Shown piece after piece: positions 39,901 to 51,488 of a DNA stretch of 64,000 nucleotides. The notes below the pieces were generated by a model, which was not told where the DNA came from, did no database searches, and was given only the letters and a program-made list of their open reading frames with translations. This DNA comes from Octopus vulgaris (Eukaryota). The stretch covers positions 7,998,001-8,062,000 of the forward strand of contig OX597823.1 of the NCBI GenBank assembly GCA_951406725.2, given 5' to 3'. Both the position numbers and the translations under genes were made by a program. Within the stretch, counting starts at the first letter, position 1. Each line of letters begins with the position of its first letter.

Positions 39901-42130
39901 CAAAGAGGATTGCCGACAGATATCAAAGATAAATGCCGTCAAATATCAAAGAGGAATGCCGACAGAGATCAAAGAGGAATGCCGACAGAGATCAAAGAGG
40001 AGTACCGACAGAGATCAAAGAGAATGCCGACAGAGATCAAAGAGGAGTACCGACAGAGATCAAAGAGGAATGCCGACAGAGATCAAAGAGGAGTACCGAC
40101 AGAGATCAAAGAGGAATGCCGACAGAGATCAAAGGGGAGTACCGACAGAGATCAAAGAGGAGTACCGACAGATATCAAAGACAAATGCCATCAAAAATCA
40201 AAGAGGAATGCCGACAGAGATCAAAGAGGAGTACCGACAGAGATCAAAGAGGAATGCCGACAGAGATCAAAGAGGAGTACCGACAGAGATCGAAGAGGAA
40301 TGTCGACAAAGATCGAAGAGGAATGTCGACAAAGATCAAAGAGGAATGCCGACAGAGATCAAAGAGGAATGCCGACAGAGATCAAAGGGGAATACCGACA
40401 GAGATCAAAGAGGAGTACCGACAGATATCAAAGACAAATGCCGTCAAAGATCAAAGAGGAATGCCGACGTAGATCAAAGAGGAATGCCGACAGAGATCAA
40501 AGAGGAGTACCGACAGAGATCAAAGGAGAATGTCGACAGAGATCAAAGAGGAATACCGACAGAGATCAAAGAGGAATGCCGAAAGAGATCAAAGAGGAGT
40601 ACCGACAGAGATCAAAGGGGAGTGCCGACAGAGATCAAAGAGGAATGCCGACAGAGATCAAAGAGGAGTACCGATAGAGATCAAGAGGAATGCCGACAGA
40701 GATCAAAGGGAGTACCGACAGAGATCAAAGAGGAATGCCGACAGAGATCAAAGAGGAATGCCGACATAGATCAAAGATGAGTACCGACAGATATCAAAGA
40801 CAAATGCCGCAAAGATCAAAGAGGAATGCCGACAGAGATCAAAGAGGAATGCCGACAGAGATCAAAGAGGAATGCCGACAGAGATCAAAGAGGAGTACCG
40901 ACAGAGATCAAAGAGGAATGCCGAAAGAGAGGATCCGACAGAGATCAAAGAGGAATGCCGACAGAATCAAAGACAAATCCGCAAGGAGGTATGCCGACAG
41001 AGATCAAAGAGGAATGCCGACAGAGATCAAAGGGAATACCGACAGAGATCAAAGAGAATGCCGACAGAGATCAAAGAGGATGCCGACAGAGATCAAAGAG
41101 GAATGCCGACAGAGATCAAAGGGATACCGACAGGAGATCAAAGAGGAATGCCGACAGAGATCAAGGGGAGTACCGACAGAGATCAAAGAGGAGTACCGAA
41201 AGATATCAAAGACAAATGCCGTCAAAAATCAAAGAGGAATGCCGACAGAGATCAAAGAGGAGTACCGACAGAGATCAAAGAGGAATGCCGACAGATATCA
41301 AAGAGGAGTACCGACAGAGATCAAAGAGGAATGTCGACAGAGATCAAAGAGGAGTACCGACAGAGATTAAAGAGGAATGCCGACAGAGATCAAAGGGGAG
41401 TACCGACAGAGATCAAAGAGGAGTACCGACAGATATCAAAGACAAATGCCGTCAAAGATCAAAGAGGAATGCCGACGTAGATCAAAGAGGAATGCCGACA
41501 GAGATCAAAGGGGAGTACCGACAGAGATCAAAGAGAATGCCGACAGAGATCAAAGAGGAGTACCGACAGAGATCAAAGAGGAATGCCGACAGAGATCAAA
41601 GAGGAGTACCGACAGAGATCAAAGAGGAATGCCGACAGAGATCAAAGAGGAATGCCGACAGAGATCAAAGAGGAATGCCGACAGAGATCAAAGATGAGTA
41701 CCGACAGAGATCAAAGAGAATGCCGACAAAGATCAAAGAGGAATGCCGACAGAGATCAAAGAGGAATGCCGACAGAGATCAAAGTGCAGTACCTACAGAG
41801 ATCAAAGAGGAATGCCGACAGAGATCAAAGTGGATTGCCGACAGATATCAAAGATAAATGCCGACAGAGATCAAAGAGGAATGCCGACAGAGATCAAAGA
41901 GGAATGCCGACAGAGATCAAAGATGATTGCCGACAGATATCAAAGATAAATGCCGACAGAGATCAAAGAGGAATGCCGACAAAGATCAAAGAGGAATGCC
42001 GACAGAGATCGAGTACCGACAGAGATCAAAGAGGAATGCCGACAGAGATCAAAGAGGAATGCCGAGAGATCAAAGAGGAGTACTGGAGAGAGATCAAATA
42101 GAATGCCGACAGAGATCAAGTAGGAGTACC
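12955..42130 (+). repeat. ~29-kb tandem satellite, 23-bp monomer GATCAAAGAGGAATGCCGACAGA and variants (~1,270 copies)
   Basis: Continuous head-to-tail array, one orientation, 17/23 purines on +; recurrent variants GGGGAGTACCG, GAGGAGTACCG, GATGAGTACCG, TATCAAAGACAAATGCCG(C/T)CAAA and a 22-mer. Confidence 0.98.
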
Positions 42131-42357
42131 TATAGCAGAAGACACTTTTCTAAGATACCACGCAGTGGGACTGAACCCGGAATGATGTGGTTGGTCAGCA
42201 ATATACTTATCACACAGCCACTCCAAATTTATATGATAGGCTTGTTTCAGTTTCCAGCTATTAAATCGACCCACAAGGCATTAATTGTCCTGGGGCTATA
42301 ATAGAAGACACTTGGCCAATGAGCTGTTCAGTGGGACTGAACCTGAAACCAAGTGGT
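42131..42357 (-). mobile_element. Two decayed 5' fragments of SINE B at the right edge of the satellite
   Basis: tatagcagaagacact..cacgcagtgggactgaacccgg..cacacagccactcc is the reverse complement of the B head; a second, more diverged copy follows. Confidence 0.7.
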
Positions 42358-42747
42358 ATCTAGAATGATTATATCAATGTTCTTTTATTCTCACTCAGTT
42401 ATAGGAGCCATTTTAGCAATCTTAATAATCATGATGCACACTCTTCTATCTCTACTATCTCTTCTCTGTCTATCTCTCTCCCTCTCTTGTTCATCATCCT
42501 TTCTGGTTTTCTCTCCCGCCCTTCCCTATTTTTCTCCTCTCCTCTTCACCGTTCCCTCTCTCTCACTCTTCCTCTTTGACCCTCTCATCACTGACACGTG
42601 ATGAAAGGGAATCTATCTTTCTGTCCATTTTCTTCCTAAACGCCACAGACATCCCAGTAATATGGTCACTCTCCCGTATGAATCCGTTTGTGCAGAATCA
42701 CTCGACTACTTCCAGAGAACAACTCACCAAATAAATTGCAAAGACAT

Positions 42748-43145
42748 GTTAGTTAGTTAATTTTTTGGCTCAAAAAGCAAAAAGCGAGGCCATGTAGGGG
42801 GACATGGAGTTATGTACAGGGTGGTGTTCATGTAAAGAGTTCAGGCCACTTGAGGTCAAGGGAGGCTTTGAACAAAGCGGTCGTCGGCATCTTCACCATC
42901 TCGTCTGGCAGCTTGTTCCACGGATCTGCAACCCGGACGGATAAAGCCCCTCTCCTTCGATTGAGATGAAATCGTCGCAGATAGAGCTTTTCGGAATGAC
43001 CCCTCAGCCAACGCTCTGGAGCAGGAGTGAAGAACAGCTCCTTCGCGAGGTTACACTTTCCGTTTATGATGTTGTGAGCGAGAATGAGATCACCATGGCG
43101 GCAGCGTTTTTCAAGAGAATAAAGGTCGAGCGTCTTCAGCCTGTC
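42748..43145 (-). mobile_element. CR1-clade LINE 3' fragment with (TAAC)n tail
   Basis: Minus strand RLKTLDLYSLEKRCRHGDLILAHNIING..LRGHSEKL..SVRVADPWNKLP..FKASLDLKWPELFT*; gttagttagtta tail. Confidence 0.8.
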
Positions 43146-44280
43146 CTATATGAATCCACCTGTGTTTAGTTAAATTACCACTTCCAGAGATATGGTTTTT
43201 CTCCTGTATTAATATGTTTATGAGTGGTTAAGTGACTTGTGATAGAGAATGATGCACCACGCATATATCATAGTGATATGGTTTCTCTCCTGTATGAATG
43301 TGCTTACGTTTAGTTCAGACACCGTTTTCAGAAAATGATTAACCGCAAATATTACAGTGATTGGCATCCGTGCTAGTGGAGCGCTAAGAGTACCATACAA
43401 GTGAGATCGGAGCCAGAGCAACAAGCTGACCTCTGTGCTGATGGCATGTTAAAAACACCATTCAAGCGCCATCCAACCAAAATGCAAATATATGGGAAAC
43501 TACCACCTGTGTCATCTCTTGTGAAAGGTAAGAGAGTCCAGTTTGCTGGACATTGTTGTAGAGCTGAAAAAGAGGTAATTTCTACTCTTCTCCTCTGGAA
43601 GCCATCTACTCGCAATACCAGAGGGCGCACACTCTCCTACCCTGATGTAATCTCTAGGGATACAGGCATCCAGCAACAGGACCTCCGTAATGCCATGATG
43701 GACTGTGAAGTCTGGCGTAGCATGGTAAATTCCATTGCCTCGACCACGGTCGAACAATGATGATGATGATGTTACCTGCACCACCTTACTAGCACTTGTG
43801 CTGGTGGCACGTGAAAAACATTCAAGCGAGGTCGTTGCCAGTGTTGCTGGACTGGCTCCTGTGCAGGTGGCACATAAAAAGCACCATTTGAGCGTGGCTG
43901 TTGCCAGTACCACCTGACTGGCCCTCATTCCAGTGGCATGTAAAAGCACCCACTACACTCTCGGAGTGGTTGGCATTAGGAAGGGCATCCAGATGTAGAA
44001 ACTCTACCAGATCAGATTGGAGTCAGGTGCAGCCATCTGGTTCGCCAGACCTCAGTCAAATCGTCCAACCCATGCTAGCATGGAAAGTGGATGTTAAACA
44101 ATGATGAGGATGATGATGATGTTTTGTCTCCTGTATGAATACATTTATGAGTAATGAAGTGAACTTTTTGAGAGAATGACTTTTTACATATATCACAGTG
44201 GTATGATGATTGTTCTATTTCTTTTGGAATCTCTTCAAGAAATAAAAGTCAATCCTTTGTGATACACAATTCCTTTCATC
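43146..44280 (-). pseudogene. C2H2 zinc-finger pseudogene split by RTE insertions
   Basis: 44121-44210 YHCDICKKSFSQKVHFITHKCIHTGDK; 43146-43362 HCNICG*SFSENGV*TKRKHIHTGEKPYHYDIC/GASFSITSHLTTHKHINTGEKPY with stops and frameshifts. Confidence 0.8.
43363..44120 (+). mobile_element. Nested RTE fragments: inner ORF 3' end (~43468-43770) inside an outer RTE 3'-UTR fragment
   Basis: Inner: IYGKLPPVSSLVKGKRVQFAGHCCRAEKEVISTLLLWKP..DLRNAMMDCEVWRSMV* plus (TGA)n; outer ends in tgatgaggatgatgatgat. Confidence 0.75.
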
Positions 44281-44398
44281 ATAAGTTTTCTTCTTTCACC
44301 ACAGCATATAAATATTTTTCCAGTTGTTTTTAGAGTTTGTTCATAACAAATATTCTTCATTTATATTTCCATCAACTGTTACAGTTGTTGTTATCTAC

Positions 44399-44880
44399 AT
44401 CATCGTTTAACGTCCACTTTCCATGGTAGTATGGGTTGGACGGTTCAACTGGAGTCTGGGAAGCCAGAAGGCTGCGCCAGGCCCAGTCTGATCTGGCAGT
44501 GTTTCTACAGCTGGATGCCCTTCCTAATGCCAACCACTCCGTGAGTGTAGTGGGTGCTTTTTATGTGCCACCGGCACAGGTGCCAGACGAGGCTGGTAAA
44601 CGGCCACGATCGGATGGTGCTTTTTACGTGCCACTGGCACGGAGGCCAGTTGGGGCGGCGCTGGCAACGGCCACATTCGGATGGTTCCCTTACTTGCCAC
44701 TGACACTGGTATCACAACTACAATTTCCATTGATTTTGATCGATTTCGATTTCACTTGCCTCAGCAGGTCTTCACAAGTAGAATTTTGTGTCGCAAGAAG
44801 GAAAGGTATGCATAAGAGGACTGGCTACATCCCAGGTAGAGGCCACGGGTTATGGTCTCACTTGCCTTGCCGGGTTTTCT
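44399..44880 (-). mobile_element. RTE-type LINE 3'-UTR fragment
   Basis: Reverse complement of the 43771-44120 sequence type, with internal ~55-bp repeats gtgcttttacgtgccac. Confidence 0.65.
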
Positions 44881-45539
44881 ACAGATGTTGCAAATTCTTT
44901 TGTAAATTTGTCCAAGTTTAATAATAGTGCAAACTCATGTTGCAAACATTCCAAACAGTGAAGAACAGAAATTTTGCTATTAATCTTAGTTCACAACAAA
45001 TATTTCACCATTATTTAATCCTACAGTTAAAAATAATAATAATGAAATTATTGTATACAATGCTCAGGTGCACCACAACTTGTCAAAAGTGCATATAAAG
45101 TATATGCAGTAATGTACAAATGTCTGGAAAGCAAACAGTGTATGAGTCAGATACATACTTGCGTGTGTATGGAGGGGGAAAAATCAGGTGTAGTGTTGGT
45201 GAGTTATATAAGTAGGGTGGGTTGTATCTGTTCTATACAACATCTTTCTTTAGTTTTTAAAAGATGAAAAATATTGTTGATGCTTCTACTGCAAAGTATT
45301 TATTTGAATGTCACCTGATATTCTGAAATAACAGAGAAACTGTATAAGATGTAGAAGATACTTAAAAAGTAAAGAATCAAACGGGAAATTTTATAACATT
45401 TTTGTACTAATAAACTGTCTGTACATGTGTATGTGTGTGTCCGTGTGTGCGCGTCCATGTGCGTGCACGCGTGTATATGTATGTATGTTTGTATGTATGT
45501 ATGTATGCATGTATGCATTTCAACATGTGAGCACGTGCG

Positions 45540-45735
45540 TATCGTTGGCGATTTTCTTTCTCTGTCTTCCCTTCCTTGGACCTTTCCTTTTTTCTATATT
45601 TCTGACAAAGAGCTCTGCTCGAAACATTAAATCCTCCTTCTTTCTTTCCTTCCCTGAGTGTCCAATAACATTATATTTGTTCCACGTCCTTGAGTTGTTG
45701 TGTTTTCTCTTTGTTCATGTTTGGATTAACTACAT
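45540..45735 (+). mobile_element. Penelope pLTR-like remnant with a decayed minimal hammerhead
   Basis: ctgacaa-a-gagc tct gctc-gaaacatt at 45602-45628, consistent with CpG decay of CTGACGA..GAAACGT; a more decayed relative lies at ~11050-11197; both border microsatellites. Confidence 0.45.
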
Positions 45736-46065
45736 GTACATATGTATGTACATATGTATTTATGTGTGTGTATATGTGGGAAATGCCTCTATGTGAATGA
45801 ATTGACAGGGTATAACAAAATATACCGTAACGAAAAATTCATTATGACACTGGTACAAATTGTAGACACTTATTCATGCAGTACACAACAAACAGTTCAT
45901 AGAACACATACATTATAGAAACACTCTTTTTTGTAAATTTCCAACATCCACCAAGCAGGGACAATGAAATATTTTAAAGCTAAATATTACTGTTTAGATA
46001 CAATTCGTCTAAATTAAGAATACCTAAGCAGATAAATATTTGAAAGCAGATAGGGAAAGTGTGTA

Positions 46066-46990
46066 CAGTTATACCTAACAGTGGAGGCGCAATGGCCCAG
46101 TGGTTAGGGCAGCGGACTCGCGGTTTCGATTCCCAGACCGGGCGTTGTGTGTGTTTATTGAGCGAAAACACCTAAAAGCTCCACGAGGCTCCGGCAGGGG
46201 ATGGTGGTGGTGATCCCTGCTGTACTCTTTCACCACAACTTTCTCTCACTCTTACTTCCCGTTTCTGTTGTACCTGTATTTCAAAGGGCCGGCCTTGTCA
46301 CTCTCTGTGTCACGCTGAATATCCCCGAGAACTACGTTAAGGGTACACGTGTCTGTGGAGTGCTCAGCCACTTACACGTTAATTTCACGAGCAAGCTGTT
46401 CCGTTGATTCGGATCAACCGGGACCCTCGTCGTCGTAACCGACGGAGTGCTTCCATACCTAACTTTACGAGACACTGGGTTTACGAGTTTTATTTTATAA
46501 TAAATTTTCAAGCACAAGATCCAAATTTTGAAGAAAGTGCAAAAGTTTCTACTACTGTAACAAATGTTTCTGTGTGTTACCGAGAAATTTATAGAGAGCA
46601 AAGAAAGCTTCTATGCAGACTTTTCAAAAAAGAAATCTACAAGTCCGTCTACGAGTGCTTGTGAATCGGCAATCGTGTCTACAAGTGATGGTGTGTGCGA
46701 GTCTAGTGCGAGTGGAAGTGATTCAGAAAACGATTATAATAATAATAATAATAATAATAAAATGATCTTGACATTCTTTTTACTTTACATAAAATATTCT
46801 TTACATTCTACTGTTGTTTTATTGCCATTTATTTACGAGTACTATAAATTTTATAGGTAAAATATTTTTCTTGGAATGAATTTCAATTTATAACGTTGCT
46901 ACTATGGGAAACTATTGCTCTGTTTTACGAGTTTTCGCTTTACAAGCGGTCTCCGGGAACAAATTTACACGTATATCGAGGCATTACGAT
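46066..46990. mobile_element. Old pogo/Tigger-like non-autonomous element, left TIR interrupted by a SINE
   Basis: Removing the SINE gives ta|cagttatacctaactttacgag; the right end cgtatatcgaggcattacg is a degenerate inverted counterpart. Confidence 0.4.
46081..46454 (+). mobile_element. SINE family C, full length, 9-bp TSD
   Basis: A box tggcccagtggttag, B box ggtttcgattccc; atacctaac at 46071-46079 and 46455-46463. Confidence 0.9.
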
Positions 46991-47047
46991 ATTAAATTTC
47001 CTTACAATCATACATCGCAATTTAGGGACTGATTTTGTTAATATAAT

Positions 47048-47196
<149 letters not shown>

Positions 47197-47624
47197 TCTG
47201 TTGTTTTATGTACATTAATGGTTGACTTGCGGCAAAGAAATCTCAACTTGTGATCTAAGGGAAACAACTCTTAAGAAACTAAACTCGAACATTCAAATAA
47301 TTTGACGAAAACACAACGGAGTAGATTTTACAGCCAACCTAAATTTAAATTGTTTTCATAGATACCAAATATATTTCGAAAAGATTTTGTGTAAAGGTAT
47401 AAGTTTAAACTTCTGTTATAATGATTATCTTCAACAATCCTTTCTACTGAAATTGGGCGGCAGGGGAACTAGGCGGTTAGTGGTTCACTGGTACCTAATT
47501 TATGAAAGCCAAAAATAATTAAAATTTATCTGTAAAATTAAGATTAAGATAAATAAAAGTGTTTCCTTATTTTGGACTTAATTTACAGTTATAGAAGTCC
47601 TGCAGTATATTTATTTTATTGATA

Positions 47625-48019
47625 TCTTTATATATAAAAGTGAGGTTGTGTGCTGTCTGTCTCCTACGATTTAGATTCCTAACTACTCCCGCGTTTTGCG
47701 GTGCAGTGTAACCAAAACCGGGTATCTTATAGTCATGATTCATATCGAGCCCTTCTGGGTATTAGCGCGCGTCTACGATGAGTCTACGATTAAAAAAAAA
47801 AATTACCATCAATTTTTCCCATTTTTAATGCATTTTTGGCATATATAAGGGAAGTAACTCTCTAAAAATTTATTATTAAATCTCAGAACGTAAAATGCTA
47901 CAGTAACACCCCCCTTTGTGGTTAGCCATATTGAGATGGCTATTATACTTTACATCTCTAAAAATGCTTATATAGTTATTTCCCTTACAAACCCGAGCAA
48001 CGCCGGGCGATACGGCTAG
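47625..48019 (+). mobile_element. Non-autonomous Helitron
   Basis: A|TCtttatatataaaag...cccgagcaacgccggg..CTAG|T. Confidence 0.88.
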
Positions 48020-48185
48020 TTTTATATAACTTACGTCCTTCTTTCAATCAGGCTCACACGAAGAATTGTCTTTAAGAGTGTCAAATGGAAATTTATAAAC
48101 AAAATAATGTTTTCGAATTGTGGTTTGTATTATAAGAAGAGAAGGAATATATTCAATAATGTGATTTGATGAATATACAGTTTGA

Positions 48186-48750
48186 GTGCAGGTGTGGCTG
48201 TGTGGTAAGTAGCTTGCTTATCAACCACATGGTTCCGGGTTCAGTCCCCAGTGCATGGCACCCTGGACAAGTGTCTTCTACTATAGCCTAGGGCCAACCA
48301 AAGCCTTGCGAGTGGATTTGGTAGACGGAAAGTGAAAGAAGCCTGATGTATGTATGTATGTATGTATGTATGTATGTATGTATGTATGTATGTATGTATG
48401 TATGTATGTATGTATGTATGTATGTATGTATGTATGTATGTATGTATGTATGTATGTATGTATGTATGTATGTATGTATGTATGTATGTATGTATGTATG
48501 TATGTATGTATGTATGCATGCATGCATGCATGCATGCATGCATGCATGCATGTGTATATGATTGTGTGTCTGTGTTTGTCCCCCCCCAACATCGCTTGAC
48601 AACCGATTGTGGTGTGTTTACATCCCCGCAAAAGAGATCGATAGAATAAGTACTAGGCTTACAAAGTATAAGTCCTGGGGTCGATTTGCTCGATTAAAGG
48701 CGGTGCTCCAGCATGGCCGCAGTCAAATGACTGAAACAAGTAAAAGAGTA
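48186..48750 (+). mobile_element. SINE family B with an expanded internal (TATG)n/(CATG)n tract
   Basis: B head and tail flank ~200 bp of tetranucleotide repeat at 48346-48552. Confidence 0.85.
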
Positions 48751-49030
48751 TGTCTTTGATACGGTATCCTTTTAAACTTTTGTAAGCAAATATATCATAT
48801 TTTACTTCATAAATAAACTTCACTTTAAAACTGTAAATGAATGTCTTTTAAGAACGTTTTCGTTATTGTTTCTCCTTGAATTATTCCAAAATTCGAAGTT
48901 TTGATATTTCGGAATTCTGGGTATTTAATATTTGAAGCTTTTGATATTCCGATTTTTGGTAATTTGAAATTCGATCTTTTACGTTCGGCATTCTTGTGTC
49001 CAGCCCTTTATTTGCAACTCAGTTCAAGTG

Positions 49031-49413
49031 GTGGAGGCAATGGCCCAGTGGTTAGGGCAGCGGACTCGCGGTCATAGGATCGCGGTTTCGATTCCCAGAC
49101 CGGGCGTTGTGAGTGTTTATTGAGTGAAAACGCTTAAAAGCTCCACGAGGCTCCGGCAGGGGATGGTGGTGATCCCTGCTGTACACTTTCACCACAACTC
49201 TCTCTCACTCTTACTTCCTGTTTCTGTTGTACCTGTATTTCAAAGGGCCGGCCTTGTCACTCTCTGTGTCACGCTGAATATCCCCGAGAACTGCGTTAAG
49301 GGTACACGTGTCTGTGGAGTGCTCAGCCACTTACACGTTAATTTCACGAGCAGGCTGTTCCGTTGATTCGGATCAACCGGAACCCTCGTCGTCGTAACCG
49401 ACGGAGTGCTTCC
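49031..49413 (+). mobile_element. SINE family C, full length, 13-bp TSD
   Basis: actcagttcaagt at 49017-49029 and 49414-49426. Confidence 0.9.
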
Positions 49414-49498
49414 ACTCAGTTCAAGTATGCCTGATCTCGACGACTTGTCCAATTTATTCCACCATGGAAAGCGGACGTAAAACGATGATGGTATAAAT

Positions 49499-49534
<36 letters not shown>

Positions 49535-49638
49535 CTTCCCCGTCACACAGAGTTGAATGACTTAAATTTCTATCAATATAATGTATGAAATCGGTATCTG
49601 AAAATAGATGAAACTTATTATACATCATTAATAATATT

Positions 49639-49861
49639 GGTTTCAAATTTTGGCATAAGGCCATCGATTTACGGGGCGGGAATAAATCGATTGCATCGAC
49701 ACCAGTACTCAACTGGTACTTATTTTATCGACCCCGAAAGAATGAAAAGCAAAGCCAGCTTCAGCGGAATTTGAACTCAGAACGTAAAGATGAACGAAAT
49801 GCCGCTGTCAAGGAATTTCCTCGCCACAGTAGCGATTCTGCTAGCTAGCCGCCTTACACAC
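49639..49861 (-). mobile_element. SINE family A monomer (alternative tail), 13-bp TSD
   Basis: Reverse-complement Meta-like domain; cattaataatatt at 49626-49638 and 49862-49874. Confidence 0.75.
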
Positions 49862-50040
49862 CATTAATAATATTAATTGATGTTCCAAGGACTTATTGTA
49901 CATATAAATGTATTTTCAAATTCATTCTATGCTAAAAACAGTCACATACTTGGCCACTGTGCGGTTAGAGTGAATCTAATTTCATTCTTGCCCGTCGTCC
50001 AGTTGCTCTTCCTATAAACATTATAAGTGTAAAGTATATA

Positions 50041-50607
50041 TTGGGTTGTCCGGAAAGTTCATGCCGATTTTTAAAGGAAAGGAAAAGGTTAATAAATACT
50101 TGCCATTACATTTTTAATCAACCAGATATGAACCATTTTGTTGCACAATGCGTCTCCATCTTTCCTTTAACTTGAAAATACCCTCTTCCCAGAATTGAGT
50201 TGGTTTCATGACAAGAATTTATCAAGGTATCTTTTTACGTCATCCAAAAAATTGAAATTTTTACCATTAATACTATTCTGCAGAGACCTAAATAAGTGGA
50301 AATCTGAAGGAACAATATCTGGTGAATATGGAGGGTGGGGTAACACATCCCAGCCGAGCTGCAGCAATTTTTGTCTGGTTCCCAAAGTATCAAGTGCCGA
50401 AAATGAACTTTCTTATTTTCCACTTTAAAAGGTTACAGAATTAACACAGGTTATATAGGAACATAAACCTTCTTCCACGAAAAGATAGCTTAAACTGTGC
50501 TCTAAATGGAGGTGTAGTCACATCCTATTTTATGAACTCAACCATGTTCTAAAATAAGTCGAAAGGTTAGCTACTGTAAATCGGCACAAACTTTCCGGAC
50601 AACCCAA
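50041..50607 (-). mobile_element. Internally deleted mariner element with both TIRs and TA TSD
   Basis: ta|ttgggttgtccggaaagtt..gccgattt and aaatcggc..aactttccggacaacccaa|ta; minus strand MENKKVHFRHL fused to KLLQLGWDVLPHPPYSPDIVPSDFHLFRSLQN (mariner YSPDLAPSD motif). Confidence 0.9.
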
Positions 50608-50667
50608 TACTTTACGATGCCTCTATAAGATAGAGTATCATATCAGTTCTATATTAGATAACTTCAC

Positions 50668-51089
50668 GGATCTTTTCGGTTTGAGCGGCAGTTTTTTCTA
50701 GCGGTGTCATATGAAATTGTCACCCAAAATGATAACCCTAGTATCGATCTATTGCATTTCAATCTGTTTTAGGGTTAGGGTTAGAGGTGGGGGGGGGGGG
50801 AAGGGTATCTTTTTTTCTTTAGAAATGTAAATAAACCCAATCTGTTTCTTAAACGAGGGACATATTCATACGGCACAGAATGTTGTTTACCTCAATGGAC
50901 GTCAGTGATTGGTTGAAATTGCAGAAATTGAAGAAAAAACCCCCAAATATCCTACAAACTATAGAAGTTTCTCAATAAAGCCAAAAGAAAAAGATGTTTT
51001 ATAAACACATTCTACCAGTATACGAAGTTTAAAATTTTTTAGTTACCTAGAAATTATGTTAAAAACTGCCGTTCAAACCGGAAAGATCC
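50668..51089 (+). mobile_element. GGATC-TIR MITE with internal (TTAGGG)n, 8-bp TSD (7/8 match)
   Basis: ~29-bp TIR ggatcttttcggtttga(a/g)cggcagttttt; flanks aacttcac / gacttcac. Confidence 0.88.
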
Positions 51090-51152
51090 GACTTCACCAC
51101 TTTTTCTCACTTCCTCAATCTCAGACGAAAGGAAAAGCTTGAGATGTTAGAG

Positions 51153-51488
51153 CAGGGATTCTCAACCATTTTTACCTATGAATTACTATTTTATTTTGGT
51201 GGACCCCCTTAGTCATTCGATGCTTAAAAACTAGTTTTATAAAAAATTCTTTCGAAAGTTTTATTTTGTCTTCCATACATAAACTTGTGTAGGTTGAAAC
51301 AATGTAAGATGTTAGAGAAACCTAGCTGTTTCTTGCAATACACCAATACATATGTCTAAAGCAACATTTTTTTTCAGAGGTCCTTAAAATACTATTGTGA
51401 ACTCCCAATATACTTTTTTGTTACGTGGACCTCCAAAAATCTAATTTGGATCCTCAGGGGCCATATAGACCCCGATTGAAAACCACTG
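51153..51488. mobile_element. hAT (Charlie-like) MITE
   Basis: Termini cagggattctcaac / attgaaaaccactg; 8-bp flanks tgttagag / tattagag. Confidence 0.65.

Noticed and set aside
12955-42130. CRISPR array
   Set aside because: Head-to-tail monomers with no unique spacers, no cas genes, eukaryotic context
12740-42301. Roughly 150 overlapping ORFs (up to 653 aa) as protein-coding genes
   Set aside because: They occur in all three + frames, are the cyclic translation of a 23-bp repeat, and indels do not preserve frame; no domain or splice evidence
46081-46150. tRNA genes at the SINE heads (also 49031, 54072, 63837, 2503 etc.)
   Set aside because: A/B boxes continue into a shared SINE body with TSDs; no complete cloverleaf or Pol III terminator directly after the head
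46201-46407. Recurrent ORF MVVIPAVLFHHNFLSLLLP.. (also 49124, 54205, 62938) as a gene family
   Set aside because: Lies wholly inside SINE family C; recurrence reflects SINE copy number
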